Positions 1 through 11,436 of a stretch of 64,000 bases of DNA are shown in pieces. The stretch covers positions 1 through 64,000 of the forward strand of contig JALDZS010000061.1 of NCBI GenBank assembly GCA_022813965.1, given 5' to 3'. Position numbers and translations under genes: made by a program. Source of the DNA: Toensbergia leucococca (Eukaryota). Position 1 is the stretch's first letter. Every line of letters starts with the position of its first letter. The notes beneath the pieces were generated by a model. It saw only the letters and a program-made list of their open reading frames with translations. It had not been told where the DNA came from and ran no database searches.

Positions 1-519
1 TTGGGGTGTGGAGGGGGGTTGAAGGGGGGAGAGTTTGATCTGATTTGTTGGAACGGTTTTCGATAGGGGTGTTTTTGAGGTTATTCAAAGCATCAGTTTT
101 GTTTCTGGGAAGGAAACATGAGATTTTTGGGGAATGGGCGGGGAGAGCATGTGGGTTGATGTGCATAATGACATCAATGTGACATGCAGGCAGTTTAGTA
201 CCTACCGTAGGTAGATAGTGAAGAACTGGCTCGCATGGATGATGCATGAAAATCGTTAGTGTGAAAGAGGAGAGAAAAACCAACCTTCCTGATTTGGGCT
301 CTATCAGAGGGGGCTGCAAAAAGCTAGGACTAGGTATTTAATTGTCGCCGTTGGTAAGATTACGTCTGGGTTGTAATATTCGTTGGGCTTTCTTTATCTA
401 TAAATTTGGTCGGCCCTCGGAAATTTGCCCAGGGCTTTGACCGATGCATTTGAGAGGAGAGGAAAATTCCTCGTTAGCTCATAGATGTCCATGTGTGGTT
501 AATGAATTAGGAGCTGAGT

Positions 520-1213
520 TTGTCTGTTAATCCAGCTCGGACTTTGTGCGTCCGATCCGACTTTCCTCCCAATCCTCCCTCCAAGCTCTTACCCCCCCAC
601 CCCCCCCAAGACACACACACGACCCAATCTCCGTACAACCCCCCTACCTCCCCTCCCACCCATCAAGACCATTTCTCTATCCCATCAGAACAACTTTCAC
701 CACTCACTCCTCACCCCCCACTCCTCACCACTCCTCACCACTCCTCATAACCCCCCCGGCACCCCTATACCCACCCACCAAAACCCCCCAAAAATACCCA
801 AAGACAGATCCAGGCCTTTAAGAAACCCAAGACCTCACCTCTCACACGGAGAAGAAAATTACACACGCATCCGTACCCGTAATTTATCCCTCCCCTACCC
901 TCAGTCTATACGTACCAACGCAGCTACTCTCATGAAGATGATTGTTGGGTCTTCTTTGATTCCAAATCTTCTCATTCCCATTCCCCTCCTACGGGGCCTG
1001 GAGATCGGATCTGGAAAAATGGTGAGCGGGCAATTGTTTCTGCCCGGGGGGGGAGGGGGGATTGTTGTGCTATGGTTTTCCCCTGCAATTGAGGGAGGGG
1101 TGGGGGGGGAGGGGTTTAGGTGGGTTGGGATTTTTGGGGGGGGGGGGTTGGGGGGGTTGGCACTTGGGTTGGGGTTTGGGTTGGATTTTGGATTTTGTTG
1201 GGTTTGGATTTGA
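520..1213. repeat. Low-complexity intergenic block: C/A-rich arm (~560-900) then G/T-rich arm (~1040-1210) with homopolymer runs
   Basis: Poly-C runs and (CTCACCACTC)-like repeats at ~700-750; G-runs at 1045-1200. The ORFs here are Pro-rich or Gly-rich compositional artefacts. Confidence 0.8.
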
Positions 1214-2102
1214 ATTTGTTTGATTTGATATTATTGAAATGATTGGGTGATGCGAGATATATATATAGAGAGAAAAAAAAACAGGGGGTATTGCGAAAAT
1301 CAGCCCTTTGTCTTTCAATGCAATATCTTGGGAAGCCACAAGCTTCATTCTTGAGGTCCCGATCTAGGTACAACCCAAACCATTCTTGGTGCTCGGGCCA
1401 GGAAAGATCTTGGAGGTGCGAAAACACTTTCCCCTTTTTACTTGGTGAGGCTGGTTCCGGTATTCTGGGGTTCGAGCTATCTACCTCGTTGTTGCAGGTG
1501 AGGATGGGGTGTTTTCAAAAACCCAGCAAGGACACTAGGGTCTTTGGAGGACATGGATGCGGAGTGCAGATGTAGGGGCTCGTCAGGTTGCATGAGTTGG
1601 CTGTACAGCAGAATATGTTTCAGCTTAGACTCTAAAGGTTGAGCTCGGCCCGGGTAGCAGAGAAGCTGGGACTGTTCTATGATAAAGTCGTGTAGGTATA
1701 ATACGCCGACACTTCACTTTTGTTTCAACAGAAAGGTGAGGTGGGATGTGATGGTATTGAATATTAAGGTAATGATGGGTACGATCGAGACCAGAAAAAT
1801 TCAATGAGGGGATAGAAATTCCATAAAGAGTGACTGGACTAACGACAAATATTCGTCTTGAATAACAAGCAAGTCTAAGATGAACAATGACAAAAATTAG
1901 TGCATATGCTTGAATGAAAAGTAGTACTCAAATGAGCGACGACAAGTACTAGTCCATATGAGTGTGCAGTGAAAAGACGAATAGTAGTGTAAAGAGGTGC
2001 TTGCAACTTGGAATCCAATTCAAAAGTATCCAGCCAGAATCTTATCCATCCAACGGTAGTCTCCAGTACCTGGCATTGATGACTTTCGCTGCTTGGGACA
2101 CC

Positions 2103-2860
2103 TTAGGTCGTCATGGCAGCGTGCCATTTGCTTGCCATGATTAAAAAAGCGTCGGTACTTTGGTCCTTGCGTAGCTGAGGCTTACTGCGCTTGCTGCTAG
2201 GGGTCCTCTGCGCCCCGTAGCTACTCTAGCCTCTAGCGATTACGGATTCCTGTCCCGTCATGCCCTTGAGCAATCTAGCGACTGTGGGGGAGATATTGCT
2301 GATGACCGTGGGAGCCACTTTCATCATAACAGGAGCAACCTTCTTGATGACATCAGCCACTACATCGAATAAGCCTTCCTCTTCAAGGCGATGGGGCGGT
2401 ATCTTCATCAGAGCCTGCAGAGCAGCGTCGCCTGCGAGAGCGCGCTTCGAGAGATCGTCAGCGGAGAGACCGGTTGGACTAGCCTCCGTAGCTTCAGCAG
2501 CCTCTGCAGACTCGGCCTTGAGGACTTGAGCAAGGAGTGGAAGGCCCTTCTCAGCAACAAAAGCTAACCCTTTACCGGCCACATGGACACCAGCCAGTAT
2601 GACATCGAAGAAACCCTCTTCTGACTCCCCGTCGAGGGGTTCTTCGCCATTCGAAAGGGCTTGATGCCAACGGGTTGGAGCACGGGAGTCGACGCTGCCC
2701 CGCTGATCGTTCCATCCTTTTGCCCATTCACTGAAACTGACGCGGCGACCTTCGCCTGAACCGAAATCAGGTTAACACCGCTGTTGGCTAGAGGTACACT
2801 AAATGCAGTCACATAATCGTCCTAAGGGTTGCCATATTTTCCGATGACTGAGGCCGAAGT
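2103..2860 (-). pseudogene. Relic of the C-terminal half of a fungal trypsin-like/glutamyl-endopeptidase-type protein with EEGFFDV repeats
   Basis: Minus strand reads SASVIGKYGNP*DDYVTAF...GVNLISV, then shifts frame to ESEEGFFDVILAGVHVAGKGLAF...AALQALMKIPPHRLEEEGLFDVVADVIKKVAP. Internal TAGs at ~2822 and 2226; the frame continues to TAA at ~2103. No start codon or protease domain upstream. Family call is from memory of the motif. Confidence 0.5.
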
Positions 2861-3060
2861 TCAGTACTATATCCTAAGATCATCTCATAGCTGTAAGTAC
2901 GCTTAAGAGAGATTTAGATATCATGTGCCATTAGCTTCCCTTTCTCAAACACGTCCTCTTTTGTTTCCAGCGCAGCAATCACATAGTCCAAGAACGGACA
3001 GTAGAATGATTCAAATAGATACCTCTACTCACACATTCCGCAGTGTTCTCATGCTAATTT

Positions 3061-3580
3061 TTATAAAAGCTCGCACTCGCGCTCGCACTCGCAAGCATTT
3101 ATATGTAGAAGCAAGTCTGGTCTTTTTCTCATCCACGGATCCAGCAGAAGGAAGAGCTCTTTGATGCGTTTGTACACCACTGGAGATTTCAGGTACTAGG
3201 GATGCTCCTAGCTACACCAACTCAAGTAAATTCGTCGGATATGATGTCTCGGTGGTCATCGATACTTTACCTCTCAATGGGCATTTTAGAGTTCCTAATC
3301 AGACCGGACATTACCCTATAATCATCATACTTCTAATTTAGGTCCAGTCGACCGAAATCCTACCACTAGCTTGAAGAGAAAACATTGAGATCCAGCATGG
3401 TGGCTTGCAAGTTATGGGGTGTCAATTCAAGATGAATATTCGGGGACGCAGCATGTGGGAAAGAAGGTCACTGATGATGTAGTAGAGTGGATTTTAAATT
3501 ACTAGTAGATATGTTGTGCTTGAGCTGATTTGAATGTTTTGCTATCACATCTTCCAAGGTTCTTTTCAGCCTCTTCAACG
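3061..3580 (-). pseudogene. Decayed ORF of unknown family
   Basis: One frame reads protein-like through several stops (..HHQ*PSF..SSS*W*DFGRLDLN*KYDDYRVMSGLIRN..ER*SIDDHRDII). After a frameshift it continues RRIYLSWCS*EHP*YLKSPVVYKRIKELFLLLDPW. Confidence 0.3.
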
Positions 3581-3844
3581 TGACTTTATGGATCGAGGGA
3601 TCGATGGAGCGCCGAGGCGATCTCGGATCTTGGCCAAACGCACGGTCCACCACGGTGATAAGGCACGCTTGTGAAGCTCCCATTTCAAGCCTCAAATGCA
3701 ACTCTCACAATGTACGAGTACCACGAGTCTTAACCAATTTGGCTTCAACCTGTCAATGCTCGAAGATACGTCCGGATTGAACTCTCGTGGATCTCCTTTC
3801 GCCCTACCATTCCGACTTCACGGGCCACAGAGCCAATCTGCATC

Positions 3845-4976
3845 ATGAGTACCGACAAGCCATTACCCTTCATATACCAGTTCGCAGCAGGTGCTGTGGC
3901 TGGTGTGTCAGAGGTCTGCCCGTTGAACTACTATGCTTGCTGTATCCTTCTAACTTGCTACTTTCCCAATAGATCTTGATGATGTATTTTACCATGTCCT
4001 CGGAAAGGTATCCCGCAACAACCAACTGATTGAATCGTCAGGTACCCTCTGGACGTGGTCAAGACGAGAGTGTTGGTCTCAGATATTATCTGCTGTTCAT
4101 GCGTTCTGTTGGCTAAATTGAGGACCTAGACAATTGCAGCAAGGGAAAGGCCTTGGAGACGAGGGGTATAATGGGATGGTGGATTGTTTCCGAAAAATAA
4201 TTAAAAATGAGGGATTCTCTCGGCTCTATCGAGGTATCACTGCGCCGATCCTTATGGAAGCTCCTAAAAGGTCTCGTATTTCTGAACTATCCTGGCCAAT
4301 TCTTGCGACTGACGCAGCGTTTAGAGCTACCAAGTTTGCTGCCAACGACGAATGGGGAAAAGTCTACCGCAATCTCTTTGGCGCTGCTAAAATGGACCAG
4401 AAGCTTTCGGTGCTGACCGGTGCCTCGGCTGGTGCTACAGAAGCTTTTGTAGTAGTTCCGTTTGAACTCATCAAGATTAGACTCCAAGATCGTGCATCCG
4501 CTGGGAAATACAATGGTATGATCGATTGTGTGGTAAAGACCGTCAAAGCCGAAGGACCACTGGCGCTTTACAATGGCTTAGAAAGTACTCTTTGGCGTCA
4601 CATCCTGTGGAACGCAGGATATTTTGGGTGCATTTTCCAGGTGCGGGAACTCATGCCGAAAGCGAACGGAAAAGGGGAACAAATGCGTAACGATCTACTT
4701 GCTGGTGCCACAGGGGGTACGGTTGGGACAATACTGAATACACCGATGGATGTCGTCAAATCAAGGATACAGAACTCGCCGAAGATTGCAGGGTCTGTTC
4801 CCAAATACAACTGGGCCTGGCCGTCCGTGGGAATAGTGATGAAGGAAGAAGGATTCTCAGCTCTTTACAAAGGATTTCTGCCAAAGGTTCTGAGATTGGG
4901 TCCTGGGGGCGGTATCCTCCTAGTTGTCTTCACTGCCGTGATGGACTTTTTCAAGAAACAGAGAGGAGACACATGA
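3845..4976 (+). CDS. ODC1: Mitochondrial 2-oxodicarboxylate (2-oxoadipate/2-oxoglutarate) carrier, 5 exons
   Basis: ATG 3845 MSTDKPLPFIYQFAAGAVAGVSE. Carrier signature Px[DE]xx[KR] occurs three times (PLDVVK, PFELIK, PMDVVK), plus MEAPKRATKF. GT-AG introns 3914-3972, 3984-4041, ~4072-4129, 4271-4324. Confidence 0.92.
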
Positions 4977-5282
4977 CATATAGGACGTCTGCGAGGGAAT
5001 CGAAAATGCCTTGGATATATTTGTCGACGCGAACGTATGTATATTACATATTGGCTAAATTTGGAAGCCAAGGTACAAAGATTCATCGTCTATCTGTACC
5101 TGATTTCGCAGAGAGGTCGTAAGTGTCGATATTCAATACACCGAGCACCGTAGATATTACTTCTACTTGTGATAATTTCGGAGATTTATCTCTTTCACGG
5201 CTACCAACGAATGAGACGGTTGTCACAAGTCTTTTGTGTTCATAATCTTTCCAAGAGTTCGTTTTCTTTCCAGCTGTCTACA

Positions 5283-5984
5283 TCACTCAACCCGCCTTCT
5301 CACATCTCTCGCATTTCCATCCCCGCCGACGCCCCTCACAGCATCGGTAATCAACTCCCTCAATTGTCTCTGTCCCTCATCTCCTTGGAAATCCTCTCTA
5401 GCAGCCAATTCCTCAATCCGTCTCCTAAACTCTGGATCGACCTCCCCTTCCCCTTCCACAGCATCACTCTCCATAGTCCCCATGTTCACCGTAACATTTG
5501 GTGGTAAAGGTGGAGGATGATGTAAGTCATTATTCAATAGGCCATCTGAAGTAGCCAAAGTCTCATCACCAGCCTCCCCACTCCCTATCCCCGTCGCGTC
5601 TCGTGTCCTCGATTCCCGCATGTATGCTGCCACAGTGGGATAGTCCCCTTCCCCCAGAATCTTCTCCTCAGCAGTAATCCCCTCGGCATTCCTGATCGTC
5701 GTATCTACGCCCAGCTCCTCAATCAGCACCTGCGCCGCCTCGACCGTCTCTGCGACAAACAAAGGCGTTTCGCCATCTTCATCTTTGATGTTGACGGAGA
5801 CGTGAAATTCCCTAACGAGGGTGCGGAGAAGGGAGATGTGGTTGTAGGATACGGCGGCGTGCAGGAGGGAGTAGCCGTGAGCATCTTGGGAGGAGGCAAG
5901 GTGAGGAGAGGTGCGGAGGAGGGGAAGGAGGGAGGGATGGTTATCGGCGGCGAGGAGGAAAGGGTTGGTGCTTAGTTGGGGCAT
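5283..5984 (-). CDS. Small ankyrin-repeat protein (YCR051W-like)
   Basis: 233-aa single-exon ORF with ankyrin repeats (DAHGYSLLHAAVSYNH, DEDGETPLFVAE) and a C-terminal DPEFRRRIEELA motif. Confidence 0.85.
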   Translation of the reverse strand: MPQLSTNPFLLAADNHPSLLPLLRTSPHLASSQDAHGYSLLHAAVSYNHISLLRTLVREFHVSVNIKDEDGETPLFVAETVEAAQVLIEELGVDTTIRNAEGITAEEKILGEGDYPTVAAYMRESRTRDATGIGSGEAGDETLATSDGLLNNDLHHPPPLPPNVTVNMGTMESDAVEGEGEVDPEFRRRIEELAAREDFQGDEGQRQLRELITDAVRGVGGDGNARDVRRRVE

Positions 5985-6225
5985 TTCGGTGAGCTACATG
6001 ATTTCTGGGGATCGCTGCCTTCGACATTAAAGTACGAGGTAGCTTTTCGGCCGCTTCTGTATTATTACTCCTCTTTCAACTTCCACTAGACTAGATCAAT
6101 GGTTTTTTACCCCTGAAATGCTCCACATTCCCATGTTACGCTCTCAAGCTTGGAAACAATACGCTCCATCATTACGACAATTTTCAGAGACGGCATAACA
6201 TCAAACAGCGCCGGCATACCTACCT

Positions 6226-9021
6226 ATGTTATTGGCTTCCAAATTAAGGAACGGCATACGGGTATCAGTACCTCAGACAGGTGTAGTGTGCACAAGACTG
6301 AGCAGGGGCCTTTTAGTGGGACGTTCTCGTCATAAATGTGAACCTGACTCACAGCAGTCAGTAAAGAGTCATGACTTGAGATGCAAGCATTTATGTCCCA
6401 CGAGATCCTCAACACAATTTCTTTGCAACATTTTCTTAGCTTCCCGGATCAATCTTTCATCTCCTTCTCAATTAACAGCTACAGTGTATCATCAGAAATC
6501 AATCGTCCGTAATCTCAGTACCATGGCTACTTATGACGAGGCTCCTTTTGCATCTCAAAATGTACAGGAGGTTGCTACTCTCCTTCGAGACCTCGAATCG
6601 AATACAAAAAAAGCCAAAGGAAATCGAGACAAAAAGTCGATAAATGCCAAGAAACACACCTTTGAGCTAGCGGGGACGGATGGACTCACGGTCGACTCTT
6701 GGAAATTTATGGATTGGGACTACAAGCGTGACGACCTTCCAACTTATGCTCGTGGTCTTTTCACCCACCGTAAGAAAGATGGAACTCCAGAGATTGCCGT
6801 CCGCGGCTACGACAAATTCTTCAATATCGAAGAAGTTAATGAGACAAGATGGCGAAACATTGAGCAGAGGACCGAAGGACCATACGAGTTAAGCGTCAAG
6901 GAGAACGGATGCATTATCTTCATCGCTGGCCTAGAAAATGACAAATTACTGGTTTGTAGTAAGCACTCAACGGGGACTGTGCAGGCTGCCAATAGCGTCA
7001 GCCATGCACTGGTGGGAGAAGAATGGATAGACAAGCACCTAGCTACGATAGGCAAGACAAGAACTGCCTTCGCCAGAGAACTAAGAAGCCGGAATGTGAC
7101 CGCGGTTGCTGAGCTTTGTGACGACTTATTTGAGGAACATGTCCTTGCTTACGATGAGAAATCTTCGGGTTTGTATCTACATGGAATAAATCTCAATCTT
7201 CCGGAGTTCGCCACCTATCCTGGTCATCTAGTCCACAAGTTCGCTGACGAGTGGGGTCTTAAGAAAGCTGAATACCTAATCAAGGATGACATTGATACGG
7301 TCAAAACGTTTCTCGAAGGTTGTGCAGAGACTGGTTCTTGGAACGGTAGAGATACAGAAGGTTTCGTGATACGTTGCAAAATCCGGGAAGGCAGAAGCGG
7401 AGGGATATTCCACGACTGGTTCTTCAAGTACAAGTTTGAGGAACCCTATCTAATGTATCGTCAATGGCGTGAGGTTACCAAAGCTGCCATTGCTGGTAAA
7501 GCGCCGAGGTTCAAGAAACATAAGAAGATCACCGAAGACTATTTACTATACGCTAGACGACAACTTGCTAAGGATCCTGGTCTTGGTAAGTCTTTCAACG
7601 CGAACCATGGAATCATTGCCATGCGTAATGGGTTCCTCGAGGAGCGAGGATTGAAAGGTTCAGATATCATCCGGCAAGAAAATAACGATGAAGGCAAGCC
7701 TTCTGAAGATGTTACCCATAATGTCGTCCTTGTTCCCGTTGCCACTATTGGATGTGGGAAGACCACAGTAGCCGTTGCTCTTACGAAGCTCTTCGACTGG
7801 GGCCACGTTCAAAATGATAATATTACAGGCAAATCAAATCGACCAAAACAATTCGCTACCCAGATCTGCAACTCCCTAGCAGCAAATCCAGTCATGATTG
7901 CGGATCGGAACAATCATCAACGACGTGAGAGACAACAACTCATCGACGATGTACAGATTGTGGTCCCCGAAGCTCGCTTCGTTGCTTTGCATTACGTTCA
8001 TGACCCCAAGAACCAAATGCTTCCCATGATCCGTAAAGTCACCCAGGAACGAGTCCTTAGTCGAGGAGACAACCACCAAACCATTCAGGCAGGGTCGAAA
8101 GCGCCAAGTGAGATTATCGGGATCATGGAGGGCTTTCTAAGTCGCTTCGAGCCGCTGAATACCGACGAAGAGCCAGACGTCAACTTCGATGAAGTGATAA
8201 ACCTAGACGTCTCCGCCTCCTCTCGTGAAAATCTCGAAACCGTCGTCACTTCCCTCCACTCAATGTACCCTAAATTATTCGAAGAGATGCCCTCACCTTC
8301 TGATCTCGACGAAGCAATAGAAGCCACCCTAAAAGACTACCAACCAGACATCAAGCACGACCTTAGCTTCAAAAGTAACAAAGCAAAACCTTCAAATTCC
8401 AACAATAATCCATCCCAGCAAAACGCCCCCACCCAGACCCCAACCGCCAAACCCCCTAAACTTGAATACTTCTGCATCCGCCTCCCAACTACCGAGATCC
8501 TCTCTACCCTCGACAATCTCTTCAGCCCCCTCCCCCCTCATACCGCAAAGTTTTACCGCCACCTCCATCAAACCCGCCGCGTTCAACCTACCTTTCATGT
8601 AACCCTCATGCACCGCGCCTCTGTCGCCGAAAACCCAGGTCTCTGGTCCCGCCTAAATGCCCTACACACTGAGGCCTTAGCCTCCCTTTCAGCGCCCAAA
8701 CACCCCAACTCGGTCCTCACCCCGGACCCGCTGCTAGGCAAATGCCGCGTGCGTCTCGAGCGCGTTGTCTGGGACGAGAGGGTCATGTGCGTTGTTGCGC
8801 GCTTACTGGATGAAGGGTGGGAGAGCATGAACGCGGTGGCGCATGTTACAGTAGGCACGGCGGAGCAGGGGATTAAGCCCAAGGAGAGCAATGAGCTTTT
8901 GAGGAGGTGGTTGGAGGGGGGGAGTGGGGGGGAGACTGGGGTTGGAGAGGTGGAGGTTGGGGGCCATGTGGAGGTGCATGGGATGGTGAGGGCGGTTATG
9001 CAGGGGGTTGGGAGAGGTTGA
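6226..9021 (+). CDS. TRL1: Fungal tRNA ligase (adenylyltransferase, polynucleotide kinase, 2',3'-cyclic phosphodiesterase); the core probably starts at ATG 6523
   Basis: Ligase motifs RGYDKFFN and SVKENG, EGFVIR, kinase P-loop ATIGCGKTT and DRNNH, CPDase 2H motifs FHVTL and AHVTV. Intronless. Confidence 0.95.
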   Translation: MLLASKLRNGIRVSVPQTGVVCTRLSRGLLVGRSRHKCEPDSQQSVKSHDLRCKHLCPTRSSTQFLCNIFLASRINLSSPSQLTATVYHQKSIVRNLSTMATYDEAPFASQNVQEVATLLRDLESNTKKAKGNRDKKSINAKKHTFELAGTDGLTVDSWKFMDWDYKRDDLPTYARGLFTHRKKDGTPEIAVRGYDKFFNIEEVNETRWRNIEQRTEGPYELSVKENGCIIFIAGLENDKLLVCSKHSTGTVQAANSVSHALVGEEWIDKHLATIGKTRTAFARELRSRNVTAVAELCDDLFEEHVLAYDEKSSGLYLHGINLNLPEFATYPGHLVHKFADEWGLKKAEYLIKDDIDTVKTFLEGCAETGSWNGRDTEGFVIRCKIREGRSGGIFHDWFFKYKFEEPYLMYRQWREVTKAAIAGKAPRFKKHKKITEDYLLYARRQLAKDPGLGKSFNANHGIIAMRNGFLEERGLKGSDIIRQENNDEGKPSEDVTHNVVLVPVATIGCGKTTVAVALTKLFDWGHVQNDNITGKSNRPKQFATQICNSLAANPVMIADRNNHQRRERQQLIDDVQIVVPEARFVALHYVHDPKNQMLPMIRKVTQERVLSRGDNHQTIQAGSKAPSEIIGIMEGFLSRFEPLNTDEEPDVNFDEVINLDVSASSRENLETVVTSLHSMYPKLFEEMPSPSDLDEAIEATLKDYQPDIKHDLSFKSNKAKPSNSNNNPSQQNAPTQTPTAKPPKLEYFCIRLPTTEILSTLDNLFSPLPPHTAKFYRHLHQTRRVQPTFHVTLMHRASVAENPGLWSRLNALHTEALASLSAPKHPNSVLTPDPLLGKCRVRLERVVWDERVMCVVARLLDEGWESMNAVAHVTVGTAEQGIKPKESNELLRRWLEGGSGGETGVGEVEVGGHVEVHGMVRAVMQGVGRG

Positions 9022-9729
9022 AGGGGTTCCTCTGGGGGTGGAGGTGGAGGGCGTGGGGATGTCTAATTCGAATAGGTGGGCAAGCGGACGAGGAGATGGT
9101 TCATGAGGTTATTGAAGTTTATAGTAGGTATTGCTAGGCGCTGAAACTATGTCTCTCCTCTCTCTCTATGACTGTTCATTCATCGAATATTATTACAGTT
9201 CAGCAACCTTCATCGTTTACTTCCACTCTCTGCGCCTTCGCTCCATTCTCCTACAGAAGAAATGAGGCTGGATGTGTGTATGGTGTTGGGAGGCGGCGTT
9301 GGTGGCCGTTTCCGCCTGGGGTGGGGGTCGTTGTGACTTTTGGAATATTCCCAGAATTCTGGAAATCATCGCCTTGTTGTTTGTTGGAGGCCTTGATGCG
9401 GCCCCGGGTGGGTGTAGTGGGTGTGGTTACTGGCTTGTAATTGTGGCTCGCCTTGCGGGGGGAGGGCTGGTTGTTTTTGTGATACTGGTTAGACTACCAT
9501 GGGGGTTTTTTTTACGTCGCACATGTTGGGTAGGAGAGAGTGCGATTGGAAGGGTCTATTTTTCTGGGGGAGAAAGGTGGATGTTGGCATTCGACTGGGG
9601 GGGAGGGAAATTCCAAATGTTGTGTGTCGGGACAAAGGGCAGCCTTAGTAAGGTAAGATATTGGCTGTGTGCTCACCGCTCCAAATCAAGAACCAACCGC
9701 CCCCTCCATCTCAATCGACCTCACAACAT

Positions 9730-10404
9730 CTACTCCACCCACAACCCCCTCCCCCGATGCCACTCCTCCAGACTCTGACCACCATACTCCTCATGCACGC
9801 TCTTCTTCCCCTCGGGCCATCGCACCCATTCGGGCTTCGACCCGGCCATTATGCACACCATTTCCTCGGCGATGGGGAGAGGGGTGTCGATTGCGGTGGC
9901 GAAGGGGTGGATCAGCTCTGGCCAGTGCGGGTCCCAGAGCCAGAGCATTGAGGCGCAGGTGGAGCAGAAGGAGCGGAGGGAGGTGTAGGTTTTCGGGGTG
10001 TATTTTCTGTGGGGTGTGGAAGGGGGTTGGATTAGAGGTGTGTGTGTGTGTTGGTGGGCTTGATTTGGGGGGGGGACGGGAGGTTTGCTGTGTATTGGTG
10101 TTTGGAGAGTGAGGGTTTTTGGCAGTTGGGGGGGAAGGGGAGTGTCACTTTATCAGGGATTCTCCGGTGTGGATTTTTAGAGTCGAGGCTATGCCGCCGA
10201 GGTTTACGGAGCCGGAGTAGCCGCCTACTTTGCGGCAGATGGTGCAGGCGCAGAGTTGGTAGGGGACTGGGGTGTGGGTTTCGAGGGTGAAGGTTATGGC
10301 GGTGCAGTGGCAGGAGCCGGTTAATTTCCTGTATTTTGGGGGGGGGAGGAGGATGTTAGTTTGTGGGTTTTGGATAGGGGGGTGGGTGAGGGGTACATGG
10401 GCAT
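9730..10404 (-). CDS. GFA/CENP-V (Mss4-like) zinc-binding protein, 3 exons
   Basis: Spliced reading MPM|KLTGSCHCTAITF..PVPYQLCACTICRKVGG..ESLIK|KYTPKTYTSLRSFCSTCASMLWLWDPHWPELIHPFATAIDTPLP. CxC/CxCxxC/FCxxC pattern. The ORF track shows only the last exon. Confidence 0.8.
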
Positions 10405-10673
10405 TTTGGGGCGGCGGTTGGGTGATGGGATGGTAAAGGGTGTTGAGCTTGTAGTGGGAGGTGGAGACGGTTTGAGAAAATGTATTCGAGATTTAGTTGG
10501 ATAGAATAGGTTGAAAATGGAGGGAAAAGGTGTGCTGTGCCGACGTCATCAATCCCGCTCTTTCCGCTCGATCCCTGTCACAGTAGCGGGACATGTTCCG
10601 TTCTTGGTCTTACAGATTTAGGTCCCACGGTCTTCTTACATTTTCACAACCTTTATTCCAGTACGACATAGAG

Positions 10674-11184
10674 ATGAGCTTTGGAGGGCCCGGCGGAGGC
10701 CAGATTTCCATTAAGCCCACGCCGCCGGAGCGTGGTAGTTTCCCTCTGGAGTGAGTCGTAACAGCATGATTGGTATATTCTGAGTGATTTCTGATATGAG
10801 TAAATAGCCACGATGGTTAGTCTGCTTGAAATTGACATCCGTTTGAGTATTGATTGTTATTTCTCTCATCACAGGAGAATGCAAACCGATCATAGCAGAC
10901 TACCTCCGATGCTTACGGCGGGTAAAAGGTACCAATGATCATGAATGCAGAATGATGGCCAAGGACTATCTCAAGTGTCGAATGGAAAAGTATGAGAACA
11001 TTCCGGTCCTCTACCCATTGTATGGATTGAGGCTCATGGTTTGGTGGGCAGCAATCTTATGGCGCCCGATGAATTCAAAAACTTGGGCTTTGCAGAGGAG
11101 GTTGGAAAGGATGTGCCTATTCCAAATCATGCGGGTGGGGCAACAGCGAATAAAGTGCGGGATGATGGGAAGAAGATTTCGTGA
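10674..11184 (+). CDS. COX19: Cytochrome c oxidase assembly protein (twin CX9C), 4 exons
   Basis: MSFGGPGG..KPTPPERGSFPLD|HD|GECKPIIADYLRCL..HECRMMAKDYLKCRMEN|NLMAPDEFKNLGF. Includes an 8-nt exon at 10808-10815. Confidence 0.92.
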
Positions 11185-11436
11185 TTTGTACCGAATAGAG
11201 GAGGGCAATTGGTGAAGATGCTCAAGTCCTTGAACTTCTATGAATAAATTGAAATGAAATTGAGATTGAAGGAAATATTAGTACAATATTATTGAATCGA
11301 TCATCGTTTGGGAATATTTCGACGAAGCCGATCATCATTGTCCTTTGAGAAACTATCAGGTTGATCATTTCAAGCATTTGTGCCTTTAATTGTTATTTTT
11401 GACCATCAAACAACATCCCATCAATGACGAAGCATC

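Noticed and set aside
520..1575. Several 76-110 aa ORFs
   Set aside because: Pro- or Gly-rich translations of skewed low-complexity DNA with no recognisable domain.
9168..9700. ORFs between TRL1 and the GFA gene
   Set aside because: No domain or splice-consistent model found; likely convergent 3' UTRs.
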